Below, piece by piece: positions 9,421 to 18,989 of a stretch of DNA of 60,134 bases. The notes beneath the pieces were generated by a model. The model was given only the letters and a program-made list of their open reading frames with translations. It was not told where the DNA came from and made no database searches. This DNA comes from a virus. Its lineage: Duplodnaviria; Caudoviricetes. Both the position numbers and the translations under genes were made by a program. How positions within the stretch are numbered: position 1 is the stretch's first letter; the number at the start of each line of letters is the position of its first letter. Where the stretch lies: IMG/VR virus record IMGVR_UViG_3300020392_000017, positions 1 to 60,134 of that record, one strand, 5' to 3'.

Positions 9421-10480
9421 CCTAGTCTATTTCACAGACTTAGAGAAAGATACTAATATAAGGATTGCAATTTCAGCTCTCGTTGGAAAGCTAAGTGCAA
9501 GACCTACTTCACATAAATCTGGTTGGGCATTCCACCTAGCTAACCAGTTAAAACATGCAGGTTATGAGCATGTTGAAATTATTACAGACAATTCAGCTTG
9601 GAAGGCAGACGATTTCGACGTAGTTCTTTTAGAACACGGTATGGAATTTAAAGGCAACTTTAATATCTTCGGTGGGGCGAACGACGACTTGTATCATCAA
9701 ATCACTAGAATGTTCGCTCCAGATGTACGGATGTATTCGCTCCACCATGATATGCCTTGTGTCGGTACACTAATTGAAAAACGCTTAAAGACAGGTTCTG
9801 ATCTTTTTAAAACCCTTGAGGACAAAATAAAAGATGCTAAGGAAATCTGCGCTACTATTCCCAGAGTAGATAAAATCACTGAGACCACATCGCTGTGTTT
9901 CGGTGACTCGCATAGTTTCAGTCAATACACACCTAATTACATGACTGATCGCCATGATGGTTTAACCCTGTTTGGTACATTAAGGAGAGGTATTCGCTCT
10001 TATGTACCTGAAAACATCACGGCACTGCGCATCTATCTAGGGAATATAGATATAAGACATCATCTTATGAGACAAGATAATCCATCTAAGTCTTTAAAAA
10101 TGATGATGGCTGATTACGAACAACAACTAATAGATTTAGAGATTGATGAGATTGATGTTGTTCAAGCATTACCAATTGAGAATGAGTCTAGACCACTACC
10201 AAAAACAGGCTACTATAAAGATACGCCTTTCTTTGGTACTTGGGCAGAGAGAACAGAGTTAGTAAAAGAATTCAACAGATTGGTAAGAGAAATGTGTACT
10301 AGAAATGGTTGGAAGACTTGGAAACATCCAGAGGTATTCTACAATTCATTCGGTGAATTAACATTTGACGTAATGGAAAAACCAAAGTCTGTACATATTG
10401 CACGTGAGTTCTACAGATGGGACTTAGTGAAAGACGAACCAAATAAGAAACTAATAAAAGTAACGCAAGCGCTATTTTAA
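9404..10480 (+). CDS. Protein with a C-terminal SGNH-hydrolase-like domain, in the DNA-modification cluster
   Basis: FGDSHS (block I), YLGNID (block III), KSVH (block V-like). Confidence 0.5.
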   Translation: METKSNLVYFTDLEKDTNIRIAISALVGKLSARPTSHKSGWAFHLANQLKHAGYEHVEIITDNSAWKADDFDVVLLEHGMEFKGNFNIFGGANDDLYHQITRMFAPDVRMYSLHHDMPCVGTLIEKRLKTGSDLFKTLEDKIKDAKEICATIPRVDKITETTSLCFGDSHSFSQYTPNYMTDRHDGLTLFGTLRRGIRSYVPENITALRIYLGNIDIRHHLMRQDNPSKSLKMMMADYEQQLIDLEIDEIDVVQALPIENESRPLPKTGYYKDTPFFGTWAERTELVKEFNRLVREMCTRNGWKTWKHPEVFYNSFGELTFDVMEKPKSVHIAREFYRWDLVKDEPNKKLIKVTQALF

Positions 10481-10484
10481 ATTT

Positions 10485-10658
10485 ATGAAAACCTACAAAA
10501 TACTAATAACACCAAATGTAATAGAGGGAGAACAATCTCAAATTATTGAAAGACCATATACCATTGAAATCAGTACAGACAGAATTGAGTGGTCAATGGA
10601 ACAATACCAGAGAAACCGAGAAACCTTCACATGGGAAATACTAGAAGTGAATGAGTAA
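10485..10658 (+). CDS. Small hypothetical protein
   Basis: 57 aa ORF MKTYKILITP...WEILEVNE that fills the gap and overlaps the next start. Confidence 0.55.
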   Translation: MKTYKILITPNVIEGEQSQIIERPYTIEISTDRIEWSMEQYQRNRETFTWEILEVNE

Positions 10659-11880
10659 AGAGTGTAAAATTAAGACTACCAGATACTATGATGAGTTTAT
10701 CAGGTATTATGAGTTAGCCTTAGACCAGCAGAAAAAGAGTAACCTAGGCCACATTCCACACGCCGAGTCAAGAATGGACGATCCGTTGATGGAACATATC
10801 GAGCTGTATGATGTAGTCGAAAGGAAGTATGCTGGTTTTAGTCAAATCGTAAATGATGTTTTTTACGGTTGGACTGAAGAACACCCTTACTGGTCAAGAA
10901 TGCAGGAAGGTCTAGTTACAGAACAGCGCAAGGAAGTCGCTAATAACTGGACTGGTAAACAAGATGTCTTCGGCCTACCAGAGTGGCTCTACCTATTCAT
11001 ACTGCATAGAGTATGTGGATCTGCAATTAACTATGCTACCAAGCCAAGCGGTTATCATAACACGCTATTATTCGACTTGTGGCAATCTGATTCTATAGAA
11101 CAAATGTGTGAGCAAGTTAAAGCAGCAACCAAGTCATTCTACACTTCTGTTGGGTATCAATTCCCAGCTTTCCCAAAACCCCCAGTTCCAGAACAAAACG
11201 AGGATGTATTTGTAGGAATGTCGGGGTTTGAAGGTCCTCAGTTTCAATATAAGAGAGGTGGCGACTATTTCCTCTGTGAATTTGCACCACGTTTAGCTAG
11301 AGATATGGCTAACTATTTAGAAGAAGGTGGTAAGAAAGATCTAAGAGACTTAGGTCAATGGATGTTTGATTGGAATGTTGCAAATGGGTTAAGACAATAT
11401 AAATTCCAATATGCTGCAGTTATTGCTGATGTAGCAGATTGGTTTCCACAATATATCAATAAAGAATCAATGTTCTACTATGGCACCAATGCAATAGAAT
11501 GTATTGGTTACTTGGCAGATCCTGTAGAAGGCAAAGGTAAGAAATCAGAACCTTTCCTAGATGCAGTGATGACAAAAATATATGAACAAACAGGCTCTCT
11601 TCCGTATAATGCAGAGGATGTAGCTTGTGACTTTATTCGATGGATTGAGAATTACATGAGACCAGGAGCTGACTATAAACATATTAACATGGACACTCTT
11701 TGGAATTCATCTACAATAATAGACCACCCATACGGTAGACAAAAAGCAATGTTGGACTTAGGTCTAGTAGAAACATTTAACGGAATGAAACACCATCCTT
11801 CCGATGATAAAATAATTGCAGAAGCTGGTATAACAGCAGAAGCATATAAGAAAAAAGTAGCAGAATTTTATGGCACATAA
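10651..11880 (+). CDS. Putative amino acid:DNA transferase (aGPT-Pplase family, HhH-glycosylase-like fold)
   Basis: F...AVIAD....P, YYGTNA, EDVACDF pattern; adjacent to a PLP enzyme and a dUTPase as in thymidine-hypermodifying phages. Confidence 0.6.
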   Translation: MSKECKIKTTRYYDEFIRYYELALDQQKKSNLGHIPHAESRMDDPLMEHIELYDVVERKYAGFSQIVNDVFYGWTEEHPYWSRMQEGLVTEQRKEVANNWTGKQDVFGLPEWLYLFILHRVCGSAINYATKPSGYHNTLLFDLWQSDSIEQMCEQVKAATKSFYTSVGYQFPAFPKPPVPEQNEDVFVGMSGFEGPQFQYKRGGDYFLCEFAPRLARDMANYLEEGGKKDLRDLGQWMFDWNVANGLRQYKFQYAAVIADVADWFPQYINKESMFYYGTNAIECIGYLADPVEGKGKKSEPFLDAVMTKIYEQTGSLPYNAEDVACDFIRWIENYMRPGADYKHINMDTLWNSSTIIDHPYGRQKAMLDLGLVETFNGMKHHPSDDKIIAEAGITAEAYKKKVAEFYGT

Positions 11881-12766
11881 TAAACATACAAATCTATTAG
11901 TCAACCAAGACTTAAATCTGATGATGCCAAACAGACAGGCATGGTTAGATTTAGCTGGTGATTGGAAAGATCCGTTTCCAGCACCAGAACTAGTAGACCA
12001 TGATGGCTTCAAAGTAGTAAGAGAAGACATGATGGGTTTTGGTTCTAAATGTAGATTCGGAGATATTCTAGTTCAAACTTGTCCTAAAGATACATTAGTA
12101 TATGTTCAACCTAGGTATGGTTTTGCAGGTATCTCACTTGCTTATTTAGCAAAGAAATATAATAAGAAACTTGTACTATTTAGTCCAAGTCAAAAAGAAA
12201 TATCAGACCACCAAGCTATCTGTGTAGAAAGAGGAGCTGAAATGAAGTTTAAGAGAATTGCAGCAATGCCAGTCTTAAATGCTCATGCTAAGAAATGGGC
12301 AGAAGATAATGATGCATTCTTTATTCCACTCGGACTTCGACATGAGCTTGTTACAGCAGCCGCTGTCAAAGTTGCATACGACCTTGCAGAAACACATGGT
12401 TATCCAGAAGAAGCGTGGTCAGCAATATCTACTGGCGTTCTACAAAGGTCTCTGCAAATAGCGTGGCCTGAAACTAAATTTAACGCAGTTGCAGTTGCAA
12501 GAAATATCAAGAAAGGTGAAAGAGGTAGTGCAACTATTTGGTCTCATCCGAAAGCATTTACACAAAACGTAGATGAAAAGTATTTTCCACCATTTCCATC
12601 GGCATTAAATTACGATGCAAAGGCCTGGGAGTTCATGACTAAACATGGAAAACCTGGAGCCTGGTTCTGGAATGTTGGTGGCGACCCTAAACCAGAAAAA
12701 GCAGATACGAAATTGTTAACAAAATCGTACAGAGATTGGGGTCAAGAACTTGAAACAGATAAATGA
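11870..12766 (+). CDS. Fold-type II PLP-dependent enzyme (putative amino acid:DNA decarboxylase/lyase)
   Basis: VVREDMMGFGSKCR (PLP lysine), GFAGISLAYLA, STG, YDAKAW, FWNVG. Confidence 0.8.
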   Translation: MAHNKHTNLLVNQDLNLMMPNRQAWLDLAGDWKDPFPAPELVDHDGFKVVREDMMGFGSKCRFGDILVQTCPKDTLVYVQPRYGFAGISLAYLAKKYNKKLVLFSPSQKEISDHQAICVERGAEMKFKRIAAMPVLNAHAKKWAEDNDAFFIPLGLRHELVTAAAVKVAYDLAETHGYPEEAWSAISTGVLQRSLQIAWPETKFNAVAVARNIKKGERGSATIWSHPKAFTQNVDEKYFPPFPSALNYDAKAWEFMTKHGKPGAWFWNVGGDPKPEKADTKLLTKSYRDWGQELETDK

Positions 12767-12779
12767 TTTTAACTATAAA
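12752..12779 (+). promoter_or_regulatory. Class II promoter GAAAC-N17-TATAAA
   Basis: Recurrent motif upstream of the dUTPase and polymerase genes. Confidence 0.6.
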
Positions 12780-12795
12780 TTACAAATAAAACAAT

Positions 12796-13260
12796 ATGGC
12801 GAACGCAGATAACAAATGTGCAGATTTGAAAGTTGAAGACTTTCACGCAGAAGCTGAAGATACACTCGGCCTAATTTACAACAAACAAGTAGAACTACAA
12901 AAACGTTTAGGTTTCGACTTTACTGGTTGGACACTAAAAGAAATCGCAGATTTCTGGTGTGTTAACAAACATGCAATGTCAGACGAACTAAACGAAATGT
13001 TTGATGCATTAGGAGGTATCAATGATGGAATTGGCTCAGCAGCTTGGAAGTACTGGAAAGGTACTCATAAAGATGCAGCTAATATGAAGATTGAAGATTT
13101 GTCTGAAGAGGACAAGTTAGAACTATTTTATGAATGGATTGATGGATTGCATTTCTATATGAACTTTGCAATTTCTATTGGTATGACTTCAAAAGATATT
13201 GTTAACTTGTACATGGCGAAGAATGCAGAAAATCACGACAGACAAAACCGAGGCTATTAA
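12796..13260 (+). CDS. Dimeric all-alpha dUTPase/dCTPase (T4 gp56-like)
   Basis: DELNEM, WKYWK, EWIDGLHF, YMAKNAENHDRQNRGY. Confidence 0.85.
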   Translation: MANADNKCADLKVEDFHAEAEDTLGLIYNKQVELQKRLGFDFTGWTLKEIADFWCVNKHAMSDELNEMFDALGGINDGIGSAAWKYWKGTHKDAANMKIEDLSEEDKLELFYEWIDGLHFYMNFAISIGMTSKDIVNLYMAKNAENHDRQNRGY

Positions 13261-14666
13261 TGTTATTAGATATTGAACAATTAGAAAAAGAAGTAATAGT
13301 ATCTTATTACGATAAAGAAGGCAAAGTTGCTTTCAAACGTTATCCAATCGATAAATTTCAAAACTGGGTAGTTGCTAAAAAAGATGATAGATGGAAAGAC
13401 CAAAACGTCACAAACTGGGATGGTCGTCCAATCAAGAAGTCTTTAGCTAGATCGTTTAATAAGTTCTCATTACTTTACTTCATGGATGGTCTTCCACAAA
13501 AAGACCAAGATGAAATCTTTGAGTTTAATATGCCTAAAACATACTTTGTCGATATTGAGACAGAGATTGTTGATGGCTTCCCAAAACCTGAAGAGGCTAA
13601 GTCTAGAATCTTAACCTTTTCAATTATCACACCAGAAAGAAAAGCTATCGTATTAGGTCTTGAAGATCTATCTTCCGATGAGATTAAAAAGATTGAAGAC
13701 GATAACAATAAACACTTTACTGGTTACGACCAAGACTGGGAATTTAGTTATTACAAATTTAAGTCGGAGTATGACATGGTTTATACATTCCTACATAAGT
13801 TTTTACCTAAGTTTCCTATGATGACTGGTTGGAATTTTATCAACTATGACTGGCAATATATTGTCAACAGATGTAAAATCTTACAGATTGATTTAACAGA
13901 AGTTGCTATTACTGGTTCGCTTGATAGAAAAGACTCTCGCCCACTTCACATGGGTATTTTGGACTACATGCAACTGTATGATAAATATGATAGGTCAGTT
14001 GCGGTTAAAGAATCTAATGCGTTAGCATTCGTTTCCGGAGCAGTCCTCGAGGGTATAAGCAAGATCCAATACACAGGTTCTCTCCAAGACCTCTACGAAA
14101 ACGACTTTCAAAAGTATGTTTTCTATAACGTAGTTGACTCTGTCTTGGTTTACTACATTGACCAAAAGCTTAGGTCGATGGAAGTACTGCTAACATTAGC
14201 AACAATCACGAGAATGCCTTTGTATAAAGCCGCTTCACCAGTGGCTGTTACTGAATCTCTAATGGCTCGTAAACTTACCGAACTAGGAAAACGTATCGGT
14301 GTAGAATATGACAGAGAAGACAGTAAGAAGGATAGCAAATATGAAGGAGCATTCGTTAAACAACCAATTGTCGGTTATTATGGTGGTGTAAGTGCATTTG
14401 ACTTTGCATCACTATATCCATCGATTATGAGGCAGTTTAACATTTCTCCTGACTCATTCGTCGAAATGGTAGAGGAATCACAGATTAAAGATCGCCGAGA
14501 GGATAAAGATGTAATTGTCTGTGAGAATGGCGTAGTCTATAAGAAGGAAGATAGTATTCTTAAAAAGATATTGGCAGATTTATATGACCAAAGAAGAGAA
14601 TACAAGAAAACTTCTTATGATTATTATGAAAAAGCGCACGAACTTGAGAAAAAATTTAGGCTCTAA
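13260..14666 (+). CDS. gp43: Family B DNA polymerase, N-terminal half (3'-5' exonuclease and motif A)
   Basis: DIETE, GWNFINYDW, YNVVDS, FDFASLYPSI; ends in the fingers region without motifs B/C. Confidence 0.92.
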   Translation: MLLDIEQLEKEVIVSYYDKEGKVAFKRYPIDKFQNWVVAKKDDRWKDQNVTNWDGRPIKKSLARSFNKFSLLYFMDGLPQKDQDEIFEFNMPKTYFVDIETEIVDGFPKPEEAKSRILTFSIITPERKAIVLGLEDLSSDEIKKIEDDNNKHFTGYDQDWEFSYYKFKSEYDMVYTFLHKFLPKFPMMTGWNFINYDWQYIVNRCKILQIDLTEVAITGSLDRKDSRPLHMGILDYMQLYDKYDRSVAVKESNALAFVSGAVLEGISKIQYTGSLQDLYENDFQKYVFYNVVDSVLVYYIDQKLRSMEVLLTLATITRMPLYKAASPVAVTESLMARKLTELGKRIGVEYDREDSKKDSKYEGAFVKQPIVGYYGGVSAFDFASLYPSIMRQFNISPDSFVEMVEESQIKDRREDKDVIVCENGVVYKKEDSILKKILADLYDQRREYKKTSYDYYEKAHELEKKFRL

Positions 14667-14691
14667 ATCTGAAGATTACCAGCAGCGTTAA

Positions 14692-14700
14692 GATATATAA
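14692..14700 (+). promoter_or_regulatory. Class III (late-type) motif GATATATAA
   Basis: Identical to the motif upstream of structural genes; here upstream of nrdB. Confidence 0.5.
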
Positions 14701-14831
14701 TCTAACAGCAGCGCTGCTAATAATTTTACGGGTTTTTAAGAGTCTAAGTTTAGGTCGAATCAGACCTTTTTTGGTCTTATAGACCTTTTATTTAAAAACT
14801 TTTGAAATAACTTAAAAAAACAAATTAGCAA

Positions 14832-15833
14832 ATGTCATTATTTACCGAACGTATCCCATTTAAACCATTTGAGTACCCAGAATACTACACTGAAGGGTGG
14901 TTAAAACAAGCTCAAGCATTCTGGCTACACACTGAAATTTCTATGCAGGGTGATGTAAAAGACTGGAATGAAAATCTTTTACCTCATGAAAAACATTTAG
15001 TAGGTAATATATTGTTGGGTTTTGCACAGACAGAATGTGCAGTATCTGACTATTGGACACAATATGTAACGACATGGTTCCCTAAACACGAAATCAAGCA
15101 GATGGCTATGATGTTCGGTTCACAGGAGACTATCCATGCAACTGCATATTCTTATTTAAACGAAACTTTAGGTCTTGAAGATTTTGAAGCATTCTTACAC
15201 GAACCAGCAACTGCAGAAAAGTTTGAACTATTAACTTCAACTTCTGCACCATATACACATGAAGACTTAAAGAGAGACAAACAAGCTAGAAAAGAAGTAG
15301 CAAGATCTTTAGCTATTTTCTCAGCATTCGCTGAAGGTTGTTCACTCTACAGTTCTTTTGCAGTTTTATACTCATTCCAAATGAGAAACTTGTTAAAAGG
15401 TATTGGCCAACAAATGAAGTGGTCAGTAAGAGATGAATCTTTACATTCTAGAATGGGATGTAAATTATTCAGACACATGTGTGAAGAATATCCAGACTTG
15501 AAACAATCGGTAGAAGCCGATATATTAAAAGCAGGAGAGCTTATTAAGGAATTAGAGCACAAGTTTATCGATAAAATGTTCGAACAAGGAGATTTAGATA
15601 ACTTAAAAGCTAAAGACTTAAAGAATTTCATTACTAAGAGAGTAAATGAAAAACTAATTGAGCTTGGTTACGAATCAGCTTTTGAATTTGACGAGGAATC
15701 GGCAGATCAATTAGAATGGTTCTATCATTTAACAGGTGGACACACTCACACTGACTTCTTTGCAATCAGATCTACTGATTACTCTAAAGCAGGTGAAGGT
15801 GAAAACTGGGACGAAGACGATTTATTCGATTAA
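14832..15833 (+). CDS. nrdB: Ribonucleotide reductase class Ia beta subunit
   Basis: PFEYP, QETIHATAY, RDESLH di-iron motifs. Confidence 0.95.
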   Translation: MSLFTERIPFKPFEYPEYYTEGWLKQAQAFWLHTEISMQGDVKDWNENLLPHEKHLVGNILLGFAQTECAVSDYWTQYVTTWFPKHEIKQMAMMFGSQETIHATAYSYLNETLGLEDFEAFLHEPATAEKFELLTSTSAPYTHEDLKRDKQARKEVARSLAIFSAFAEGCSLYSSFAVLYSFQMRNLLKGIGQQMKWSVRDESLHSRMGCKLFRHMCEEYPDLKQSVEADILKAGELIKELEHKFIDKMFEQGDLDNLKAKDLKNFITKRVNEKLIELGYESAFEFDEESADQLEWFYHLTGGHTHTDFFAIRSTDYSKAGEGENWDEDDLFD

Positions 15834-15842
15834 ACTATAACT

Positions 15843-17663
15843 ATGGCAGACAAAATTAAAAACCACGGCGAGCACCTAGGCTGGAAGATCGACGTAGATT
15901 TTCCATCCTGGGCAAATACCGAGGTGTATGTAAAAACAATATCAGCAGGTTACCTATTTAACGGTGAAAAACCAAAAGACGCTTATTGGAGAGTTTCAAC
16001 TACAGTAGCAAAACGTTTAGGTAAACCTGAATTAGCAAGCAAATTTTTTGATTATATCTGGAAGGGTTGGTTAAACCTAGCCTCTCCAGTTTTATCTAAC
16101 ACAGGACTAGAAAGAGGTTTACCTATTTCTTGTTTTGGTATCGATATAGCAGACTCTATTCACGATATAGGTTCTAAGAACTTAGAGATGATGCTCTTAG
16201 CAAAACATGGTGGTGGAGTAGGTATTGGTGTAAATCAAATCAGACCAGCCGGTGCAAAGATTACCGGTAATGGTACATCAGATGGTGTTGTACCTTTCTG
16301 TAAGATTTATGACTCTACAATACTAGCTACAAACCAAGGTTCAGTAAGACGTGGTGCAGCATCAGTAAATATCGATATTGAACATGGTGATTTCTGGGAA
16401 TGGTTAGAAATTAGAGAGCCTAAAGGTGATGTCAACAGACAGTCACTTAATCTTCATCAATGTGTTGTTGTACCAGATGGTTTCATGCAGAAGGTACAAG
16501 AAGGTGACAAAGAGGCTCGTAAAAGATGGGTTGCAGTTCTTAGAAAAAGAAAAGCAACTGGAGAGCCTTATGTAATGTTCAAAGGGAACATAAACAGAGC
16601 AAACCCGGACGCGTATAAGCAGAATGGCCTTAAAGTTTATATGACCAACATTTGCTCTGAGATTACTCTACACACAGATGAATCTCACTCATTCGTATGT
16701 TGTTTATCTTCAGTAAACTTAGCAAGATATGATGAGTGGAAAGATACAGATCTTATTTACACAGCGACATGGTTCCTTGATGGAGTGTTAGATGAATTTA
16801 TTCAGAAAGCAAAATTCATGAGAGGTTTTGAGAACTCTGTAAGATCTGCAGAAAAAGGTAGAGCGTTAGGTCTTGGTGTACTAGGATGGCATACTTATTT
16901 ACAAGAAAGAGGTATTCCATTCGAGGGACTATCAGCTCAATTTGAGACTAGAAAGATATTCCAACAATTAAGAACTGAGACAGAGAAGGCCAGTAGAGAT
17001 ATGGCGATGGAATATGGTGAACCTCTATGGTGTAGAGATACAGGTATGAGAAACACTCACCTCAGAGCCATTGCACCAACCGTATCGAACTCAAAGCTAG
17101 CAGGTAATGTATCTGCAGGTATCGAGCCTTGGGCTGCTAACGTGTTTACAGAACAAACAGCAAAAGGTACATTTATTAGAAAGAACCCAGTGTTAGAGAA
17201 ATTCTTACAAGTAATTAATAAGAATACTAGAAAGACATGGGATAAAATTCTAGAAGATGGTGGTTCTGTACAAGGCTTAGATTTCATAGATGATTGGTAT
17301 GTAAAGATAGCCACTCATATCGGTGACAAAGAAAACTTAATGGGTAAAAAGAAGTTTGAAGATCTGCCAGAAACAGACAAAGATAACTGGATCCCTGTTA
17401 AGAATATCTTTAAGACATTTAAAGAGATAAATCAATTAGACTTAGTAAAGCAGGCTGGTGTTAGACAACAGTATGTTGACCAGGCAGTAAGCTTAAATTT
17501 AGCATTCCCAACACAAGCAGACTCTAAGTTTATTAATAAAGTACACTTAGAAGCCTATAAAGAAGGCGTCAAGACACTTTATTATATGAGAACAGAGTCA
17601 GTTTTAAGAGGCGATATTGCTACTGCAGCAATCGATCCAGATTGTGCTGCCTGTGACGGTTAA
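15843..17663 (+). CDS. nrdA: Ribonucleotide reductase class I alpha subunit (no ATP cone evident)
   Basis: ISCF, GGGVG, TNICSE, CCLSS, IAPT, C-terminal CAACDG. Confidence 0.95.
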   Translation: MADKIKNHGEHLGWKIDVDFPSWANTEVYVKTISAGYLFNGEKPKDAYWRVSTTVAKRLGKPELASKFFDYIWKGWLNLASPVLSNTGLERGLPISCFGIDIADSIHDIGSKNLEMMLLAKHGGGVGIGVNQIRPAGAKITGNGTSDGVVPFCKIYDSTILATNQGSVRRGAASVNIDIEHGDFWEWLEIREPKGDVNRQSLNLHQCVVVPDGFMQKVQEGDKEARKRWVAVLRKRKATGEPYVMFKGNINRANPDAYKQNGLKVYMTNICSEITLHTDESHSFVCCLSSVNLARYDEWKDTDLIYTATWFLDGVLDEFIQKAKFMRGFENSVRSAEKGRALGLGVLGWHTYLQERGIPFEGLSAQFETRKIFQQLRTETEKASRDMAMEYGEPLWCRDTGMRNTHLRAIAPTVSNSKLAGNVSAGIEPWAANVFTEQTAKGTFIRKNPVLEKFLQVINKNTRKTWDKILEDGGSVQGLDFIDDWYVKIATHIGDKENLMGKKKFEDLPETDKDNWIPVKNIFKTFKEINQLDLVKQAGVRQQYVDQAVSLNLAFPTQADSKFINKVHLEAYKEGVKTLYYMRTESVLRGDIATAAIDPDCAACDG

Positions 17664-17664
17664 A

Positions 17665-17750
17665 GGTGTGGTTTGAAGACCACGTCTTAGGACCGAGATA
17701 GTTCTCGGAAAAAGAGGGCCGGAGTTCGCTACTACCGGCCCTTATTTATT
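17665..17750 (+). ncRNA. Putative structured RNA (three hairpins) with segments complementary to 23S rRNA H69-H71; the last hairpin is also a bidirectional terminator
   Basis: GTGGT-TTGAAG-ACCAC; CCGAG-ATAGTT-CTCGG; AGGGCCGG...CCGGCCCT; contains CTTAGGACCGagATAGTT and TTCGCTAC. Confidence 0.5.
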
Positions 17751-18900
17751 ATAGCAGTTTGGAAAACTTTTCAGCTTCTATCTCTCTGATTTTATCAGCA
17801 ATCTCTGCACCTTTCACATCAAATTGCTTCATTACATCTCTACCGTTAGTAGAAGGTTTGTATTTAAGAAAAGCTCTAATCATTTTCATATCTAATCTTT
17901 TCAATACTGAGAATTCTAGGATAGTCTTTTTATCTAAGTCTACACTATCTCTCTTCTTACTCAATTCAAATACACCTTCTGGTTTTAGAGTTAGAAGAGA
18001 CTTCAAGAAAATAATAGCTTTAATCTCTTTATCTGAAAATGTTAACTTATTCATTTGAGATTTAATCTGGCTATTTTCATTTACTAAAAACAGATTAGCT
18101 ATTTGTACCAACCAATCCTTTGAATTGATGAAGTCTTTATTGACGTAAACAGTAGGAAACATTACAGGCCAAAGCTTAAAGTCTTCCACCATCTGTAAGT
18201 ATTTCTTTGGAGACTTTGCAGTTTCTATAGATTTCTTAAATTCATCTCTAATTCTTTCTGCACTAATTCCCTCTAAAGAGTTATCAGAAATAATAGCCTC
18301 TGCAGTATTCTTTTCTATCTTACCTCCAGTTCTACCAGCAAATCTTAGGGCTCTTAGTTTTCTCAATGGATCTTCCTCAAATCTCTCTTGAGCTCTACCT
18401 ACAGTTCTAATAGAATTAGATTGAATATCCGCAATACCACCGACTAGGTCTACTACTTCTTTCTTTTCAATATCGTAGAATAAAGCATTGATAGTTAAGT
18501 CTCGTCTTAGAACGTCTTTATCAATTGTAGAAAAGTTAACAGCATCTGGTCTTCGACCTTTACCAATATCTTCTCTAAAAGTTGCAATCTCCATACCCTC
18601 TTTAAATGAAGGAGTTTTTGCAATTACAACTCCGAATTGAGTTCCTACTTCACCGATAGTATCAATACCACCAGATTTAAGTATTTTTACAACTTCATCT
18701 GGTTTAGCATCAGTAGCTAAATCAAAGTCTTTTGGTTTGATACCTAACATTGCATCCCTAACCGCACCACCAACTACATAAAGTTCTCTCTTATTCTTCT
18801 TAAAGAGTTTATGTAGATCTTTGACATCACGAGGTATGTTTAGCTTCAATCTCTGTTGAGCTTCTAACAATAAGTTGAATTGTGTGTACGACTTTATCAT
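17749..18900 (-). CDS. cca: tRNA nucleotidyltransferase (CCA-adding enzyme/poly(A) polymerase family)
   Basis: VGGAVRD, DFDLAT, EIATFR, RRDLTINA, EDPLRKLR, ERIRDEF. Confidence 0.9.
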   Translation of the reverse strand: MIKSYTQFNLLLEAQQRLKLNIPRDVKDLHKLFKKNKRELYVVGGAVRDAMLGIKPKDFDLATDAKPDEVVKILKSGGIDTIGEVGTQFGVVIAKTPSFKEGMEIATFREDIGKGRRPDAVNFSTIDKDVLRRDLTINALFYDIEKKEVVDLVGGIADIQSNSIRTVGRAQERFEEDPLRKLRALRFAGRTGGKIEKNTAEAIISDNSLEGISAERIRDEFKKSIETAKSPKKYLQMVEDFKLWPVMFPTVYVNKDFINSKDWLVQIANLFLVNENSQIKSQMNKLTFSDKEIKAIIFLKSLLTLKPEGVFELSKKRDSVDLDKKTILEFSVLKRLDMKMIRAFLKYKPSTNGRDVMKQFDVKGAEIADKIREIEAEKFSKLL

Positions 18901-18916
18901 ATTGTATATATTACAG

Positions 18917-18942
18917 TACTAATATAATCAAAAAATATGACA
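18917..18942 (-). promoter_or_regulatory. Class I promoter for cca; late-type AATATATAC at 18904-18912 just before the ATG
   Basis: Minus strand reads TGTCA-N11-TATATTAGTA, same spacing as at 8137. Confidence 0.65.
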
Positions 18943-18989
18943 CTAGAAAGAAAAATGGCAATTATTTTGCAAATAAGTACAATTATTTT

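Noticed and set aside
17665-17750. Possible tRNA or true rRNA gene fragment
   Set aside because: No cloverleaf, T-loop or acceptor stem; the rRNA similarity is limited to short permuted segments, so it is reported as a structured element instead.
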